DNA of 64,000 nt. Origin: an uncultured Gemmatimonadales bacterium (GTDB lineage Bacteria; Gemmatimonadota; Gemmatimonadetes; Palauibacterales; Palauibacteraceae). Numbering within the stretch: position 1 is the first letter of the stretch; every line of letters starts with the position of its first letter. The translations under genes and the position numbers were made by a program. The DNA is taken from assembly GCA_963783385.1 (NCBI GenBank), contig CAWANJ010000002.1, positions 160,001 to 224,000 on the forward strand, in the 5' to 3' direction. Below, one piece after another: positions 1-9,462 of this stretch. The notes under the pieces are model-generated. The model worked only from the letters and a program-made list of their open reading frames with translations. It was not told the origin of the DNA and made no database searches.

Positions 1-917
1 TTGATGTGGTCGATCATGGCAGCCAGCGTCGTGGACTTCCCCGAGCCCGTCGGGCCGGTTACCACCACGAGTCCCTTGCCCAGCTCGCACAACTCCAGGA
101 CCGCGGCGGGCAGGCCCAGCTGCTCGGCCGTGAGGATCTCGGTGGGAATCTGGCGGAACACGCCACCGACGCCCCGCCGGTCCAGGAAGAGGTTGCAGCG
201 GAAGCGGGCCAGCCCGGGGATCTCGTACGCGAAGTCCGTGTCGTGACGGTCCTCGAACTCCTCGCGGTTCCGCACGGGCGCGATCTCGAGCAGCACCTCC
301 AGGGTGCGCGCCGGCGACAGCGTCTCCTCGTCGCCCAGGTCCACCATCTCCCCGTCCTTTCGGAAGAGCGGCGGGTTCCCGGCCGACACGTGGAGGTCCG
401 AGCACCCCTTCCGCACCATCCGGTGGAAGAGACGCTCCATCAGCTGGGCATTGGCCGGCGGCCCGGGCGGGGCGGCGTCCGCGCTGCCGGCGGACGGCGC
501 TTCGGTGGAGGCCGGCTTCGAGGCCGGCGTGGTCACGGGTTCGACCTGGTCGGAGTGCCCCGTCGCGGCCGAATCCGCCGCCTCCCCTCCGGTGGTCCCG
601 TCCGGCGCAGGAGGCCCGTTCTCCGCGGGCACCAGGAGCATACGGATGCCCGATCCGGTCCTGTAGGCCCGCACTTCCACGGATCCGGCGGGCGATCGGT
701 ACACGAACTCGTACCGACCCGGGGCGGCCGGGTCGTCCTCTCCCTTCGGGAGGATCTCGAGCAGGAGGGCCTCGAGCTGCTCGGGCGTGGGCGGCGCCTG
801 GGCCAGTGCCGTCGCCTCGCCTCCTACGAGGAGAGTCACGGGCTGGCCCGATGCGAACGAGAGTCTCTGGCCTCCCGCCTCGAGCAGGGCGTGGATGAAT
901 CGGTCCATTCCTGGCAT
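1..917 (-). CDS. pilT: PilT/PilU-family type IV pilus ATPase with an extra N-terminal domain (3' end runs off the window)
   Basis: Manual translation, not in the ORF track: MPGMDRFIHALL...linker...MERLFHRMVRKGCSDLHVSAGNPP...DTDFAYEIPGLARFRCNLFLDRRGVGGVFRQIP...GLVVVTGPTGSGKSTTLAAMIDHI (Walker A). Confidence 0.9.
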   Translation of the reverse strand, partial: MPGMDRFIHALLEAGGQRLSFASGQPVTLLVGGEATALAQAPPTPEQLEALLLEILPKGEDDPAAPGRYEFVYRSPAGSVEVRAYRTGSGIRMLLVPAENGPPAPDGTTGGEAADSAATGHSDQVEPVTTPASKPASTEAPSAGSADAAPPGPPANAQLMERLFHRMVRKGCSDLHVSAGNPPLFRKDGEMVDLGDEETLSPARTLEVLLEIAPVRNREEFEDRHDTDFAYEIPGLARFRCNLFLDRRGVGGVFRQIPTEILTAEQLGLPAAVLELCELGKGLVVVTGPTGSGKSTTLAAMIDHI

Positions 918-963
918 GGTCACAGGCTTCTCTGAGGTCGGGACGGATGCGGACGGGCGCGGT

Positions 964-1452
964 TCACGTCAGCTCGATCAGAGCGACGCGCTCGGGGTTG
1001 ACGAGGCGAACGCGCGGACCCTGGCTGACGGGGAAGAAGGTGTTCGTTGCGTCCAGGAAGTCGCGGACGCGCCGCCGACCCTGGGGGAGGACCCAGCAGA
1101 TCTCGCCCTCCGAGCGGCTGCCATCCTCGAACTGGATGCGGACGAGTGCTGTGGCCGACTCCGGGTCGTCGGGTGAGACCAGGGGCGAGCCGCCCTCCTC
1201 GTCCTCCTCGTCGTCGCGGGCCACCTCCGCCCACACGACCGAGCGGCGGCGGACGAGTCGGACCTGGTCGTCGGAGGGCATCGTCACCGGAAAGAAACTC
1301 CCCTCCCCGTTCAGGAGGTCACTGGGGAGCTCTCGCCCCGAGTGCCGCGCGGCCCGTTCCGCGAGGTGGAGGCGCACCGGGAAGGGCGCCTCGTGAAGGA
1401 GCTTGAGGTCGGCCTCCACGCGGCGCTTGGGTATGGCATAGTCCCCGCTCAC
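964..1452 (-). CDS. Hypothetical protein with two internal repeats (DUF6812-like)
   Basis: GTG start overlaps the upstream stop (GTGA); repeats ELPSDLLNGEGSFFPV and RVRDFLDATNTFFPV. Confidence 0.7.
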   Translation of the reverse strand: MSGDYAIPKRRVEADLKLLHEAPFPVRLHLAERAARHSGRELPSDLLNGEGSFFPVTMPSDDQVRLVRRRSVVWAEVARDDEEDEEGGSPLVSPDDPESATALVRIQFEDGSRSEGEICWVLPQGRRRVRDFLDATNTFFPVSQGPRVRLVNPERVALIELT

Positions 1453-2849
1453 CGGTGGGATCCGTTCCCGCGGTAGAGGATGCGCCACACCGTGCCCCCG
1501 TGGTCGTCGCTCACGTACAGGGCGCCGTCGGGGCCCTGGGCCAGCCCGACCGGCCGGTGCGCGGCGCTTCCGGGACCGATCTTTTCGCCCGCGAAGCCGT
1601 TGGCGAAGGTGGCCGTATCGGCGGCCACGGGGGAGCCCTCTCGGAAGGGGACGAACACGACCCGGTAGCCCGCCTGCGGCTCGGGGGCCCGGTTCCAGGA
1701 GCCGTGGAAGGCGATGAACGCCCCACCACGGTACCGAGCGGGAAACTGCTCGCCCGTGTAGAACAGGAGCCCGTCCGGGGCCCAGTGGCCCGGGAAGCCG
1801 ATGAGCGGCTTCTTGTTCAGGTCGGCGCAGCGGCCCTGCTTGTGGCCGTCCCCGCCGTACTCGGGGTTCAGGATCCAGCGGCCCTCGAGCTCGTTCCAGA
1901 AGCAGTACGGCCAGCCATAGTCGTCCCCACGTTCCAGCCGCACGAACTTCTCCGCGGGGAGCACGGCGCTCTGCTCGGCCGTGTAGTACTGGGGCCAGTT
2001 CTGGTAGAGCTGGTCGCGGCCGTGGACCACGCCGTACAGGTGGCCGTCGACGGGATTCATGGCGAGGGCCACGGTGTTGCGGAGCCCCGTGGCGAAGTGG
2101 AGCCCGTCCGCCTCGGTCTGACCCTGCCGGTTCGCGTCGAAGCGCCAGATGCCGGCGCGCGTCTGCAGGGCGGGACAGGGATCGATCCCGGGCGAGCCCT
2201 TCACGCGGTCCTTCTCCTGGCAGCTGTTCGACGGGGAGCCAATGTTCACGAACATGTGACCCTGCCCGTCGAAGGCCAGGGACTTGGCGGCGTGGTAGTG
2301 GGCCGGAAGGCCGGTGACCAGCGCCTGCGCGGGGCCCGAGGGCTCCAGGGCGCCCTGCTGGAGCGGCCAGCGCATCACCTCTCCGTCGGCGCCGAAGTAC
2401 AGCCAGCCGTCCCGGAGGGCGATGCCCGTCCCGCCCTGGCTCCCGAAGTGCTTCCGGACGTCCGCCCGACCATCGCCGTCCGTGTCACGCAGGGCGATCA
2501 CCCCGCCCGGACTCCCGTTCAGGGCCACGAACAGGTCGCCGTTCGGCGCCACGACCAGGTGACGGGCCTTGCCGACGTCCGTGGCCACCACCAGGGCGCA
2601 GAAGCCGTCCGGGAGCGTCAGGCCGCCGTTATCGGAGTCGCAGGCGGGGGGATCCTGGGCGCCGCCGGCGACGGAGTGGTCGCCCGCACGGGCACCGGGT
2701 CTGGAGATCGCCGTTCCGGGGATGGAGGCCCGCGCCGCGGCCGAACGGCTCGCCCCCCAGGCGGCCAGGGCAACGAGGCACGCGAGAGCGAGGAACAGGC
2801 CGCCGAGGACCTGCCACCTGCGAACGTTCGGCTCGGACGAGGGCTGCAT
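1449..2849 (-). CDS. PQQ-dependent sugar/sorbosone dehydrogenase (GSDH beta-propeller), exported
   Basis: GLRNTVAL, DYGWPYC, GHWAPDGLLFY, AFHGSWNR and HRPVGLAQGPDGALYVSDD motifs; N-terminal hydrophobic segment. Confidence 0.88.
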   Translation of the reverse strand: MQPSSEPNVRRWQVLGGLFLALACLVALAAWGASRSAAARASIPGTAISRPGARAGDHSVAGGAQDPPACDSDNGGLTLPDGFCALVVATDVGKARHLVVAPNGDLFVALNGSPGGVIALRDTDGDGRADVRKHFGSQGGTGIALRDGWLYFGADGEVMRWPLQQGALEPSGPAQALVTGLPAHYHAAKSLAFDGQGHMFVNIGSPSNSCQEKDRVKGSPGIDPCPALQTRAGIWRFDANRQGQTEADGLHFATGLRNTVALAMNPVDGHLYGVVHGRDQLYQNWPQYYTAEQSAVLPAEKFVRLERGDDYGWPYCFWNELEGRWILNPEYGGDGHKQGRCADLNKKPLIGFPGHWAPDGLLFYTGEQFPARYRGGAFIAFHGSWNRAPEPQAGYRVVFVPFREGSPVAADTATFANGFAGEKIGPGSAAHRPVGLAQGPDGALYVSDDHGGTVWRILYRGNGSHR

Positions 2850-3019
2850 GCTCGGGGCTCCTTGTCGTGGGCCGGGTCCCGGCGGGCGGCCCGGACTCGC
2901 CCGGGCCGCCGGAGCCCACAATGTACCGGGCCGGCCCGGGAGGCGCAGGGCCGCCGGGCCGGGCTCCGCCACCTCCGCCCGTGGTCCCGCGCGCGGCCTC
3001 GACCCGGCCGGCGCCCCGG

Positions 3020-4660
3020 TCAGCCCTTGCTGCAGCCTCCCGCGTCCGCCTTCGTGTGCACCAGGATGACGCCGTCGAGCGCGTCATCGCCGTACAGCGC
3101 GCGGGCCGCGGCGCCCTTGAGCACGGAGATGCACTGGATGTCGGCGGCGTCCAACGATCGGAGCTCGCTCTCCCTCGTGAGGCGGCGGCCGTCGACCAGC
3201 ACGAGCGCGTTGGCGGGGACGCCCGCCACCTTCTTCATCGTGCTTCGGCCTTCGGCCTCGTCTCCGGCTCCCGGCGCGGAGGCGCTCGAGGCGTCGGACG
3301 TCGATCGCCGGGCCTTCGATTCGAAGATGATCGGCTGGGCGATCCACACCGCGATGGCCTGGCCGTGGTTGTCGGCCGGCCGGAACCGCATCACGCGGCC
3401 GACCTGCATGGCCGCCGAGTCGAGGGCGGCATGTCCGCTGGAGCGCTGCACGCGCGTCGACGTCACGTTTCCGTTCGCGTCGACCAGCATCCACAGGACG
3501 GTGCGGCCGCCGATGCCCGTGTCACGGAGCTCGGCCGGGTAGTCGCGCTGCAGCGCCGTGATCACCGAGTCCACGTTGAGGAGCGTGGGGTCCCGGTCGC
3601 GCGGCACGAACCTGGGATGATCGGGCGAGACGCCGCTCGCGCTGGCGCCCGCCGCGGAGTCGGCCGGGGCGGTGGGCGCCCGACTGGCCGAGGCGTCCGG
3701 AGGACCGTTGGGCGCCGGCGTCTCGCAGGCGGCGGCGAGAACGAGGCCGCCGGCGGCCAGCAGGCCGAGGGCCCGGAGCAGGCGATCGTGCGGTACGCAT
3801 CGGGTCATGGACCGTATCCTCCTCTCGAGGGAACGCTCGGGGGTGACGAGGGCGGCGGCCGGGAGGGGCGGACGGGCGCCGCGCCGGCCCACCTCGAGGA
3901 GCAGGTCCCCGTAGCGCCGGCTGTCGACGCGCCGCTCGAGCACTCGCCGGTCGCAGTCCACCTCCACCGCCTGGCGCAGCCGTCCGAGGATCCACCACAG
4001 CGGCAGGTTCCAGGGGACGAGGAGCGCGAGGAGGGTCGCGCCCGTGAGGAGCATCGGGTCTCCGGCCTCAATGTGCTCTCGCTCGTGCAGCCAGGCCGCG
4101 CGCCGCCCGGCCGGATCCAGCCGCAGGACCCAGCGCGGCATGTACACGCACGCCCGGATCACGCCGGCGGCCAACGGTCCCAGATCGGGGGTGAGCGCGA
4201 CCCGGGCACGGCCGACCCGGCGAGACCGACCGCGTCGCCGCCGCCGTGCGAGCCACGCGAAGGTGCCCGCTCCCAGCGCCGCGCCGGCCGCGGCCGCGGC
4301 GGCCCACGCCCGGAGGATCCACGCCTCGCCGGTGGCGGGAAGGCGCAGGCCGTCGAGTGCCCGACCCAGGCTCGCCAGCCACGACGCACTCGTGCCGGGG
4401 GCGGGGCCCGTCACCGTGCCGGGCGGGAGGAGCACGCGTCCCCCGGTCTCCGCGGCCGCGGCGCCGAGCCACCCCCAGGGGTGGAGGCCGACGGCCGCGG
4501 CGACCCAGGTCGCCAGCGGCACGAGAGCCCCCGCTGCCGCCAGGGCCCACGCCCACCGCAGGGGGCGGCCGTACAGGTCGAGGGCGGCCTCGGCGGCTCG
4601 TGCGGCGAGTCCCAGGAGGCCGGTGAGCGCCGTGACGTAGACCATCCAGGCGAGCGTCAC
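3020..4660 (-). CDS. BlaR1/M56-family metallopeptidase fused to TonB C-terminal and plug-like domains
   Basis: HEREH zinc motif, PWNLPLWW, EVDCDRRVL; TonB_C YPAELRDTGIGGRTV...SSGHAALDSAA; C-terminal ISVLKGAAARALYG...GVILVHTK; GTGA coupling to blaI. Confidence 0.88.
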   Translation of the reverse strand: MTLAWMVYVTALTGLLGLAARAAEAALDLYGRPLRWAWALAAAGALVPLATWVAAAVGLHPWGWLGAAAAETGGRVLLPPGTVTGPAPGTSASWLASLGRALDGLRLPATGEAWILRAWAAAAAAGAALGAGTFAWLARRRRRGRSRRVGRARVALTPDLGPLAAGVIRACVYMPRWVLRLDPAGRRAAWLHEREHIEAGDPMLLTGATLLALLVPWNLPLWWILGRLRQAVEVDCDRRVLERRVDSRRYGDLLLEVGRRGARPPLPAAALVTPERSLERRIRSMTRCVPHDRLLRALGLLAAGGLVLAAACETPAPNGPPDASASRAPTAPADSAAGASASGVSPDHPRFVPRDRDPTLLNVDSVITALQRDYPAELRDTGIGGRTVLWMLVDANGNVTSTRVQRSSGHAALDSAAMQVGRVMRFRPADNHGQAIAVWIAQPIIFESKARRSTSDASSASAPGAGDEAEGRSTMKKVAGVPANALVLVDGRRLTRESELRSLDAADIQCISVLKGAAARALYGDDALDGVILVHTKADAGGCSKG

Positions 4661-5118
4661 GTCGACGCCTCCGGATCGCCGCTTCCCCGGTCGGGGGTCG
4701 ACGATGGCCCTGGCATCGCGCGGTCGGCGCCGCGTTCGCCGGGCCGACGAGGAGTTCGGAGGCGCTCGTCGAGCAGCTCGCGCATCCGGTCGAGCTCGGC
4801 CCGGTCCAGGTCGCGCCCGGCCACCAGGTGCGCGAACAGGCGGGCAGCGCTCCCCTCGAACATGGTGTCGAGGATGCGGCGCAGGGCGCTGTCTCCGGCC
4901 CGGCCGGCCCCGACCAGGGGGAAGTACCGGTAGGCCCGACCCTCTTCCTCGTGCCGGACGTACCCCTTCTCCTCGAGCGTCTGCAGCACCGTGAGCACGG
5001 TGGTGTAGGCCAGCTCGTCCTGCAGGGCTTCGCGAACCTCCGCGACCGTGCCGGATCCTCGCCGCCACAGCACGCTCATCAGGTCCAGCTCTCGATCGGT
5101 GAACGCGATGTCTCGCAT
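4657..5118 (-). CDS. BlaI/MecI/CopY-family transcriptional repressor
   Basis: FTDRELDLMSVLW...LAYTTVLTVLQTLEEKGYVRHEEEGRAYRY. Confidence 0.93.
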   Translation of the reverse strand: MRDIAFTDRELDLMSVLWRRGSGTVAEVREALQDELAYTTVLTVLQTLEEKGYVRHEEEGRAYRYFPLVGAGRAGDSALRRILDTMFEGSAARLFAHLVAGRDLDRAELDRMRELLDERLRTPRRPGERGADRAMPGPSSTPDRGSGDPEAST

Positions 5119-5147
5119 GGGCCTCTCCGACGCCAGCGCCCGGCCTG

Positions 5148-5213
5148 TCTACGATAACTATAGTAGAAATGTCGCCGCCAGGGCCTTCTCGTGTCAACTA
5201 TGAATCTCGTAGA
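5148..5213. promoter_or_regulatory. Two imperfect palindromes, candidate BlaI operators
   Basis: TCTACGATAACTATAGTAGA (5148-5167) and ACTATGAATCTCGTAGA (5197-5213); both contain CTA-N9-TAG; AT-rich island directly upstream of blaI. Confidence 0.65.
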
Positions 5214-5231
5214 TAAGGCCATGGCCCGCGC

Positions 5232-5247
5232 TGGCACGGTTCCGGCA
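5232..5247 (+). promoter_or_regulatory. Possible sigma54 (-24/-12) promoter
   Basis: TGGCACGGTTCCGGCA fits GG-N10-GC; about 50 nt upstream of the lipoprotein gene. Confidence 0.4.
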
Positions 5248-5296
5248 GCACCCATACGTTCAAAGCTTCGCGTTCCTTTCGGAGAGGAGGCTACGC

Positions 5297-5821
5297 ATGA
5301 AGAGCACACGCACCCTGGCATGGGTCCTCGTACCGCTCGTCGCGATCGCGTGCACGAGCAAGGAAGGCCAGCAGTCCCAGAGCCAGCAGGGGATGAGCGA
5401 GCAGTCCGGCCAGATGAGCGAGCAGGCCACGGGCGGCGCCCAGTCGATCAGCCTGTCCCCCAAGAACGACAGCGGCATCACGGGCACGGCGGAAGTCTCG
5501 GCGGCAGGGTCGGACTCGGTCCAGGTCAAGGTGTCGCTCAAGGGGATCGAGCAGGGCAAGGAGTACCCGACGCACATCCACCACGGCAGCTGCGCGACTG
5601 AAGGCCCGGTGGCTCAGCCCCTGAACAGCGTGACCGGCATGGCTGACTCCACGGGCACGAGCACCACGACCGTGGCCCACGCGCTGTTCATGCCGGACTC
5701 CTCGTACTTCGTCCAGTCCCATCTCCCGGACGGAACGCCCGCCGCCTGCGGTGACATTCCGGCCATGGCGGACGGAGGGGCGATGTCCGACTCCTCGTCC
5801 ATGGGAGGCGGCTCGAAGTAG
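5297..5821 (+). CDS. Lipoprotein with Cu/Zn-SOD-like/CHRD-like domain
   Basis: GAGGAGG RBS; lipobox AIAC; PTHIHHGSC and VQSH...AACGDI motifs. Confidence 0.75.
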   Translation: MKSTRTLAWVLVPLVAIACTSKEGQQSQSQQGMSEQSGQMSEQATGGAQSISLSPKNDSGITGTAEVSAAGSDSVQVKVSLKGIEQGKEYPTHIHHGSCATEGPVAQPLNSVTGMADSTGTSTTTVAHALFMPDSSYFVQSHLPDGTPAACGDIPAMADGGAMSDSSSMGGGSK

Positions 5822-6141
5822 GGGACGCGCTCCGCGGCCGCGGCCGGACGAGGGTCCGGATCGCGGACTTCCTCCCGAGACCCGGGGCCGGCACGACCGA
5901 CTCCGGGTCTCTTCGCATCCCCGGCACGGTGTTTTCAGAACACGGGTGATACGCGAGCCCCCCGGGGCGTCGGGAGGGCGCGCGCCGTTCGTCACACAGA
6001 GAGGGGGTCACCGGTGTGCCTGCAGGAGAACAGGGCGAAGGTCCTCGGAGTCTCGCGAGAGGCGGGGCGCACCTGCGCTGGTCCGGATCCCGTCGATGGG
6101 GTCGCCGATCGTCGATCGGCGCGGCCGTTCGGAGCGGCGGC

Positions 6142-7224
6142 ATGATCTTCGGCGTGGACGTGAGGCCCTGGATCCTTCCGGTGGCCCTGGCGGCCGGCGG
6201 CGTCTTCCTGGGGATCCTGTGGGAGACGATCGCACTCTCGTGGCTGCGCCGGAAGGCCCGAGAGACCCAGTGGCGCTGGGACGACGTCGTCCTCGAGTCC
6301 GTCCGTGGCATGGGCTTCGTGTGGCTGGCCGCGGCAGGGCTGTACGGGGCGCTGCTGGCCGTGCCCCTCGGTCCGGACGCCAAGACGGTCGTTCGGAAGG
6401 TGCTGGCGGCCGCGATCTTCCTCTCGCTCACGATCGTGGCCGCCCGGGCCGCGGGGAGAGGGGTGGAGGTGTGGGCCCGGCACACCACGGGCGGCGTGCC
6501 GTCGTCCAGCCTGCTCAAGAACCTCGCGCGGATCCTCGTCCTCGCGTTCGGGCTGTTTCTCATCCTGCAGAACCTGGGCGTGCAGGTCACGGCGCTCGTC
6601 ACCGGCCTCGGGATCGGCGGCCTGGCGGTGGCGCTGGCCCTGCAGGACACGCTCTCCAACCTGTTCTCCGGCTTCCAGATCATCCTGGCTCGCCAGGTGC
6701 GGAGCGGGGACTTCGTCCAGCTGGATTCGGGCGAGGAAGGTTACGTCACGGATATCCAGTGGCGGAATACGACGATCCGGTCCCGGATCGACGACCACGA
6801 GATCATTGTTCCCAACTCCAAGCTGGCCAACACGATCGTCACTAACTTCGCGCGTCCCGTGCGCGCCTTCTGGGTCAAGGTGGAGGTCGGGATCTCGTAT
6901 GGTAGCGACCTGGACCGCGTGGAGGAGGTCACCCTGGAGGTGGCCCGACGGGTGCTCGACGAAGCCGGGATGTCACCCTCGGCCGACCCGGTGCTGCGGT
7001 ACACCGGATTCGGCGACTCCAGCATCGGCTTCGTGGTCCGCATGAAGCTCGACGAATGGGGGCGCCAGTTCGAGGTACGGCACGCCTTCATCAAGCGGCT
7101 TCATGCGCGCTTCGCGGAGGAGGGGATCGAGATTCCCTTCCCGATCCGAACCGTGTACGTGCCCGACGCGCTGCGCCTGCAGCGGAGGGGCGCCACGCGA
7201 GACCCGTCCCAGGGCAGGGACTAG
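6142..7224 (+). CDS. mscS: Small-conductance mechanosensitive channel (MscS family)
   Basis: LGIGGLAVALALQDTLSNLFSG, IIVPNSKL, GIEIPFPIRTV. Confidence 0.93.
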   Translation: MIFGVDVRPWILPVALAAGGVFLGILWETIALSWLRRKARETQWRWDDVVLESVRGMGFVWLAAAGLYGALLAVPLGPDAKTVVRKVLAAAIFLSLTIVAARAAGRGVEVWARHTTGGVPSSSLLKNLARILVLAFGLFLILQNLGVQVTALVTGLGIGGLAVALALQDTLSNLFSGFQIILARQVRSGDFVQLDSGEEGYVTDIQWRNTTIRSRIDDHEIIVPNSKLANTIVTNFARPVRAFWVKVEVGISYGSDLDRVEEVTLEVARRVLDEAGMSPSADPVLRYTGFGDSSIGFVVRMKLDEWGRQFEVRHAFIKRLHARFAEEGIEIPFPIRTVYVPDALRLQRRGATRDPSQGRD

Positions 7225-9242
7225 GCCGGGGCCGTCTCCGCCTCGCTCCGGCGGTCGGCCTCGCGATGGTGTCCGTCCTCTCCGCCGTCTCCCTCCTCCG
7301 AACCGCGCCCCCCGGCGCGGTCGGCCCCTCGCGGATCGGCGGGGCTACCGTCCAGGCCGAGGATCGCCAGCACGCGGTCGGAGCGGAGCTCCTCCTTCTC
7401 CTGCAGCTCGGCCGCGAGTGCGTCGAGCCCGGCGCGGTGCTCGCGCAGGGCGTTCGTGGCCCGCTCGTAGGCTTCGTTGAGGATCTTCCGGACCTCCTCG
7501 TCCACGTCGCGGGCGGTGGCGTCGCTGTATTCCCGCCCCCGTGCGATCTGCTCGCCCAGGAAGACGTTCTCCTGCGCTCCGCCCAGCGACACGTCCTTGA
7601 AGCGTTCGCTCATCCCCCAGTCCAGGACCATCTTGCGCGCCAGGTGCGTGGCCTGCTTGAGGTCCTGCTCGGCGCCCGACGTCGCCGTGTTCATGACGAG
7701 GTCTTCGGCGGCGCGGCCGCCCATCATGACCGCCAGCCTGTCCAGGATGTACTCCCGCCGGTACAGGTACTTGTCCCGCTCGGGCAGCTGCTGGGTCACG
7801 CCCATGGCGCGTCCACGCGGGACGATCGTGACCTTGTGGATCGGGTCGGCGTCCGGCAGGACGGCGGCGACCACCGTGTGTCCGCCCTCGTGGTAGGCCA
7901 GGAGCTCCTTCTCCTCGTCCGTCAGGGCCAGGTTCTCCCGCTCCAGGCCCATCATGACCTTGTCGCGGGCCGACTCGATGTCGTCGGCTCCGATGCGCTG
8001 CTTGTCCTCCCTGGCGGCCAGGAGAGCCGCTTCGTTGAGGAGGTTCTTGAGATCGGCGCCGCTGAATCCCGGCGTGCCGCGCGCCATCTCGTCGAGGTCG
8101 ACGTCGTCGGCGAGCGGCTTGTCGCGTGCGTGCAGCTCGAGGATCTCGCGGCGAGCCGAGCGGGTGGGGAGGTCCACCGTGATCCGGCGATCGAACCGGC
8201 CTGGCCGCAGGAGCGCCGGGTCGAGGATGTCGGGGCGGTTGGTCGCCGCCATTACGATGACCTCGTGACTCGGATCGAAGCCATCCATCTCGGACAGGAG
8301 CTGGTTGAGCGTCTGCTCGCGCTCGTCGTGTCCGCCGCCGAGTCCCGCTCCGCGCCGCCGACCGATGGAGTCGAGCTCGTCGATGAAGATGATGGAGGGC
8401 GAGGACTTCTTGGCCTCCTTGAACAGGTCCCGGATCCGGGAGGCCCCCACGCCCACGAGCATCTCCATGAAATCCGAGCCCGTCATGTTGAAGAAGGGGG
8501 CCTCGGCTTCCCCGGCCACCGCCCGGGCGAGCAGCGTCTTTCCCGTCCCGGGCGGCCCGACGAGAAGCACCCCGTGCGGGATCTCGCCGCCCAGCCGCTG
8601 AAAGCGCTCCGGGTCCTTGAGGAACTCGATGATCTCCTCGAGCTCGCGTTTGGCGCCGTCGAGTCCGGCCACGTCCTCGAAGGTCGTGCGCTCGTCCGTC
8701 CTGTCGTAGGCCTTCGCCCCGGCGCTCCCCATGGAGAAGAGGCTCTGCCCCTGCTGCCGCATGCGCGAGAAGAACAGCCATCCGAGCCACAGGAGGAGCA
8801 GGAAGGGAGCCACCTGGAGGATCACGGCCCACCACGAGAAGCTGGATTGCGGCTCGGCCTGCACGGTGACGCCCTTGTCGCGGAGGGTCCCGAGCAGCGT
8901 CGGGTCCCCGAACGAGGGCACGTAGGTCGTGAATTGTCTGTAGCTCAACGGTTTTCCGTCAGGCCCCTTCGTCTCGACCCGACGGGACAGGGTGCCCTGG
9001 ATCCGCTGACCCTTCACGGTGACGCGCTGGACGTTGCCGGCCACCACCTGCCGGTGGAACCGGGTGTAGGAGATGTTCGTACGGTGGGTGCTCCCCGGCC
9101 CGAGGGGGCTCCACAGCCAGGCCAGGAGGAGGGCGGCGAAGAGGAGCCATACCAGGCCTCCCTTCCGTCCCCCCGACCAGCCCTGTCGCTGCTCGAGCCG
9201 TGGCACCTGCTGTCGCGTCCGATCGATCCGTCGCAACTTCAC
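7221..9242 (-). CDS. ftsH: ATP-dependent zinc metalloprotease FtsH (start uncertain)
   Basis: [43 protein letters not shown]; two TM segments. Confidence 0.95.
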   Translation of the reverse strand: MKLRRIDRTRQQVPRLEQRQGWSGGRKGGLVWLLFAALLLAWLWSPLGPGSTHRTNISYTRFHRQVVAGNVQRVTVKGQRIQGTLSRRVETKGPDGKPLSYRQFTTYVPSFGDPTLLGTLRDKGVTVQAEPQSSFSWWAVILQVAPFLLLLWLGWLFFSRMRQQGQSLFSMGSAGAKAYDRTDERTTFEDVAGLDGAKRELEEIIEFLKDPERFQRLGGEIPHGVLLVGPPGTGKTLLARAVAGEAEAPFFNMTGSDFMEMLVGVGASRIRDLFKEAKKSSPSIIFIDELDSIGRRRGAGLGGGHDEREQTLNQLLSEMDGFDPSHEVIVMAATNRPDILDPALLRPGRFDRRITVDLPTRSARREILELHARDKPLADDVDLDEMARGTPGFSGADLKNLLNEAALLAAREDKQRIGADDIESARDKVMMGLERENLALTDEEKELLAYHEGGHTVVAAVLPDADPIHKVTIVPRGRAMGVTQQLPERDKYLYRREYILDRLAVMMGGRAAEDLVMNTATSGAEQDLKQATHLARKMVLDWGMSERFKDVSLGGAQENVFLGEQIARGREYSDATARDVDEEVRKILNEAYERATNALREHRAGLDALAAELQEKEELRSDRVLAILGLDGSPADPRGADRAGGRGSEEGDGGEDGHHREADRRSEAETAPA

Positions 9243-9385
9243 ACTCCCCGCTCGATCCCTACGATCCCGGCGCGCCTCGGGCGCCGTCGCCGGAGGCCGG
9301 CCGGGGGTCCGGAGCGCCATGGGTTGCAAGAGTGAGGCGAGGAGCGCAGGGGGCCCGGGTGGAGAGTCGTGCGTGCGACGATCGA

Positions 9386-9401
9386 CGGTACGGAATTCGC
9401 A
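9386..9401 (+). promoter_or_regulatory. Possible sigma54 promoter
   Basis: CGGTACGGAATTCGCA fits GG-N10-GC, upstream of the DUF488-otsB-mscS-otsA run. Confidence 0.35.
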
Positions 9402-9462
9402 CGCCCGACTGCATCGACGGTGCATCCAGAGCGGACGGCGACGGCTAGGCGGGAGCGGGCGG

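Noticed and set aside
2909-2968. CGGAGCCC...GGGCTCCG inverted repeat resembling 47069-47112 (REP-like family?)
   Set aside because: Only two loose copies with short GC-only arms, compatible with chance.
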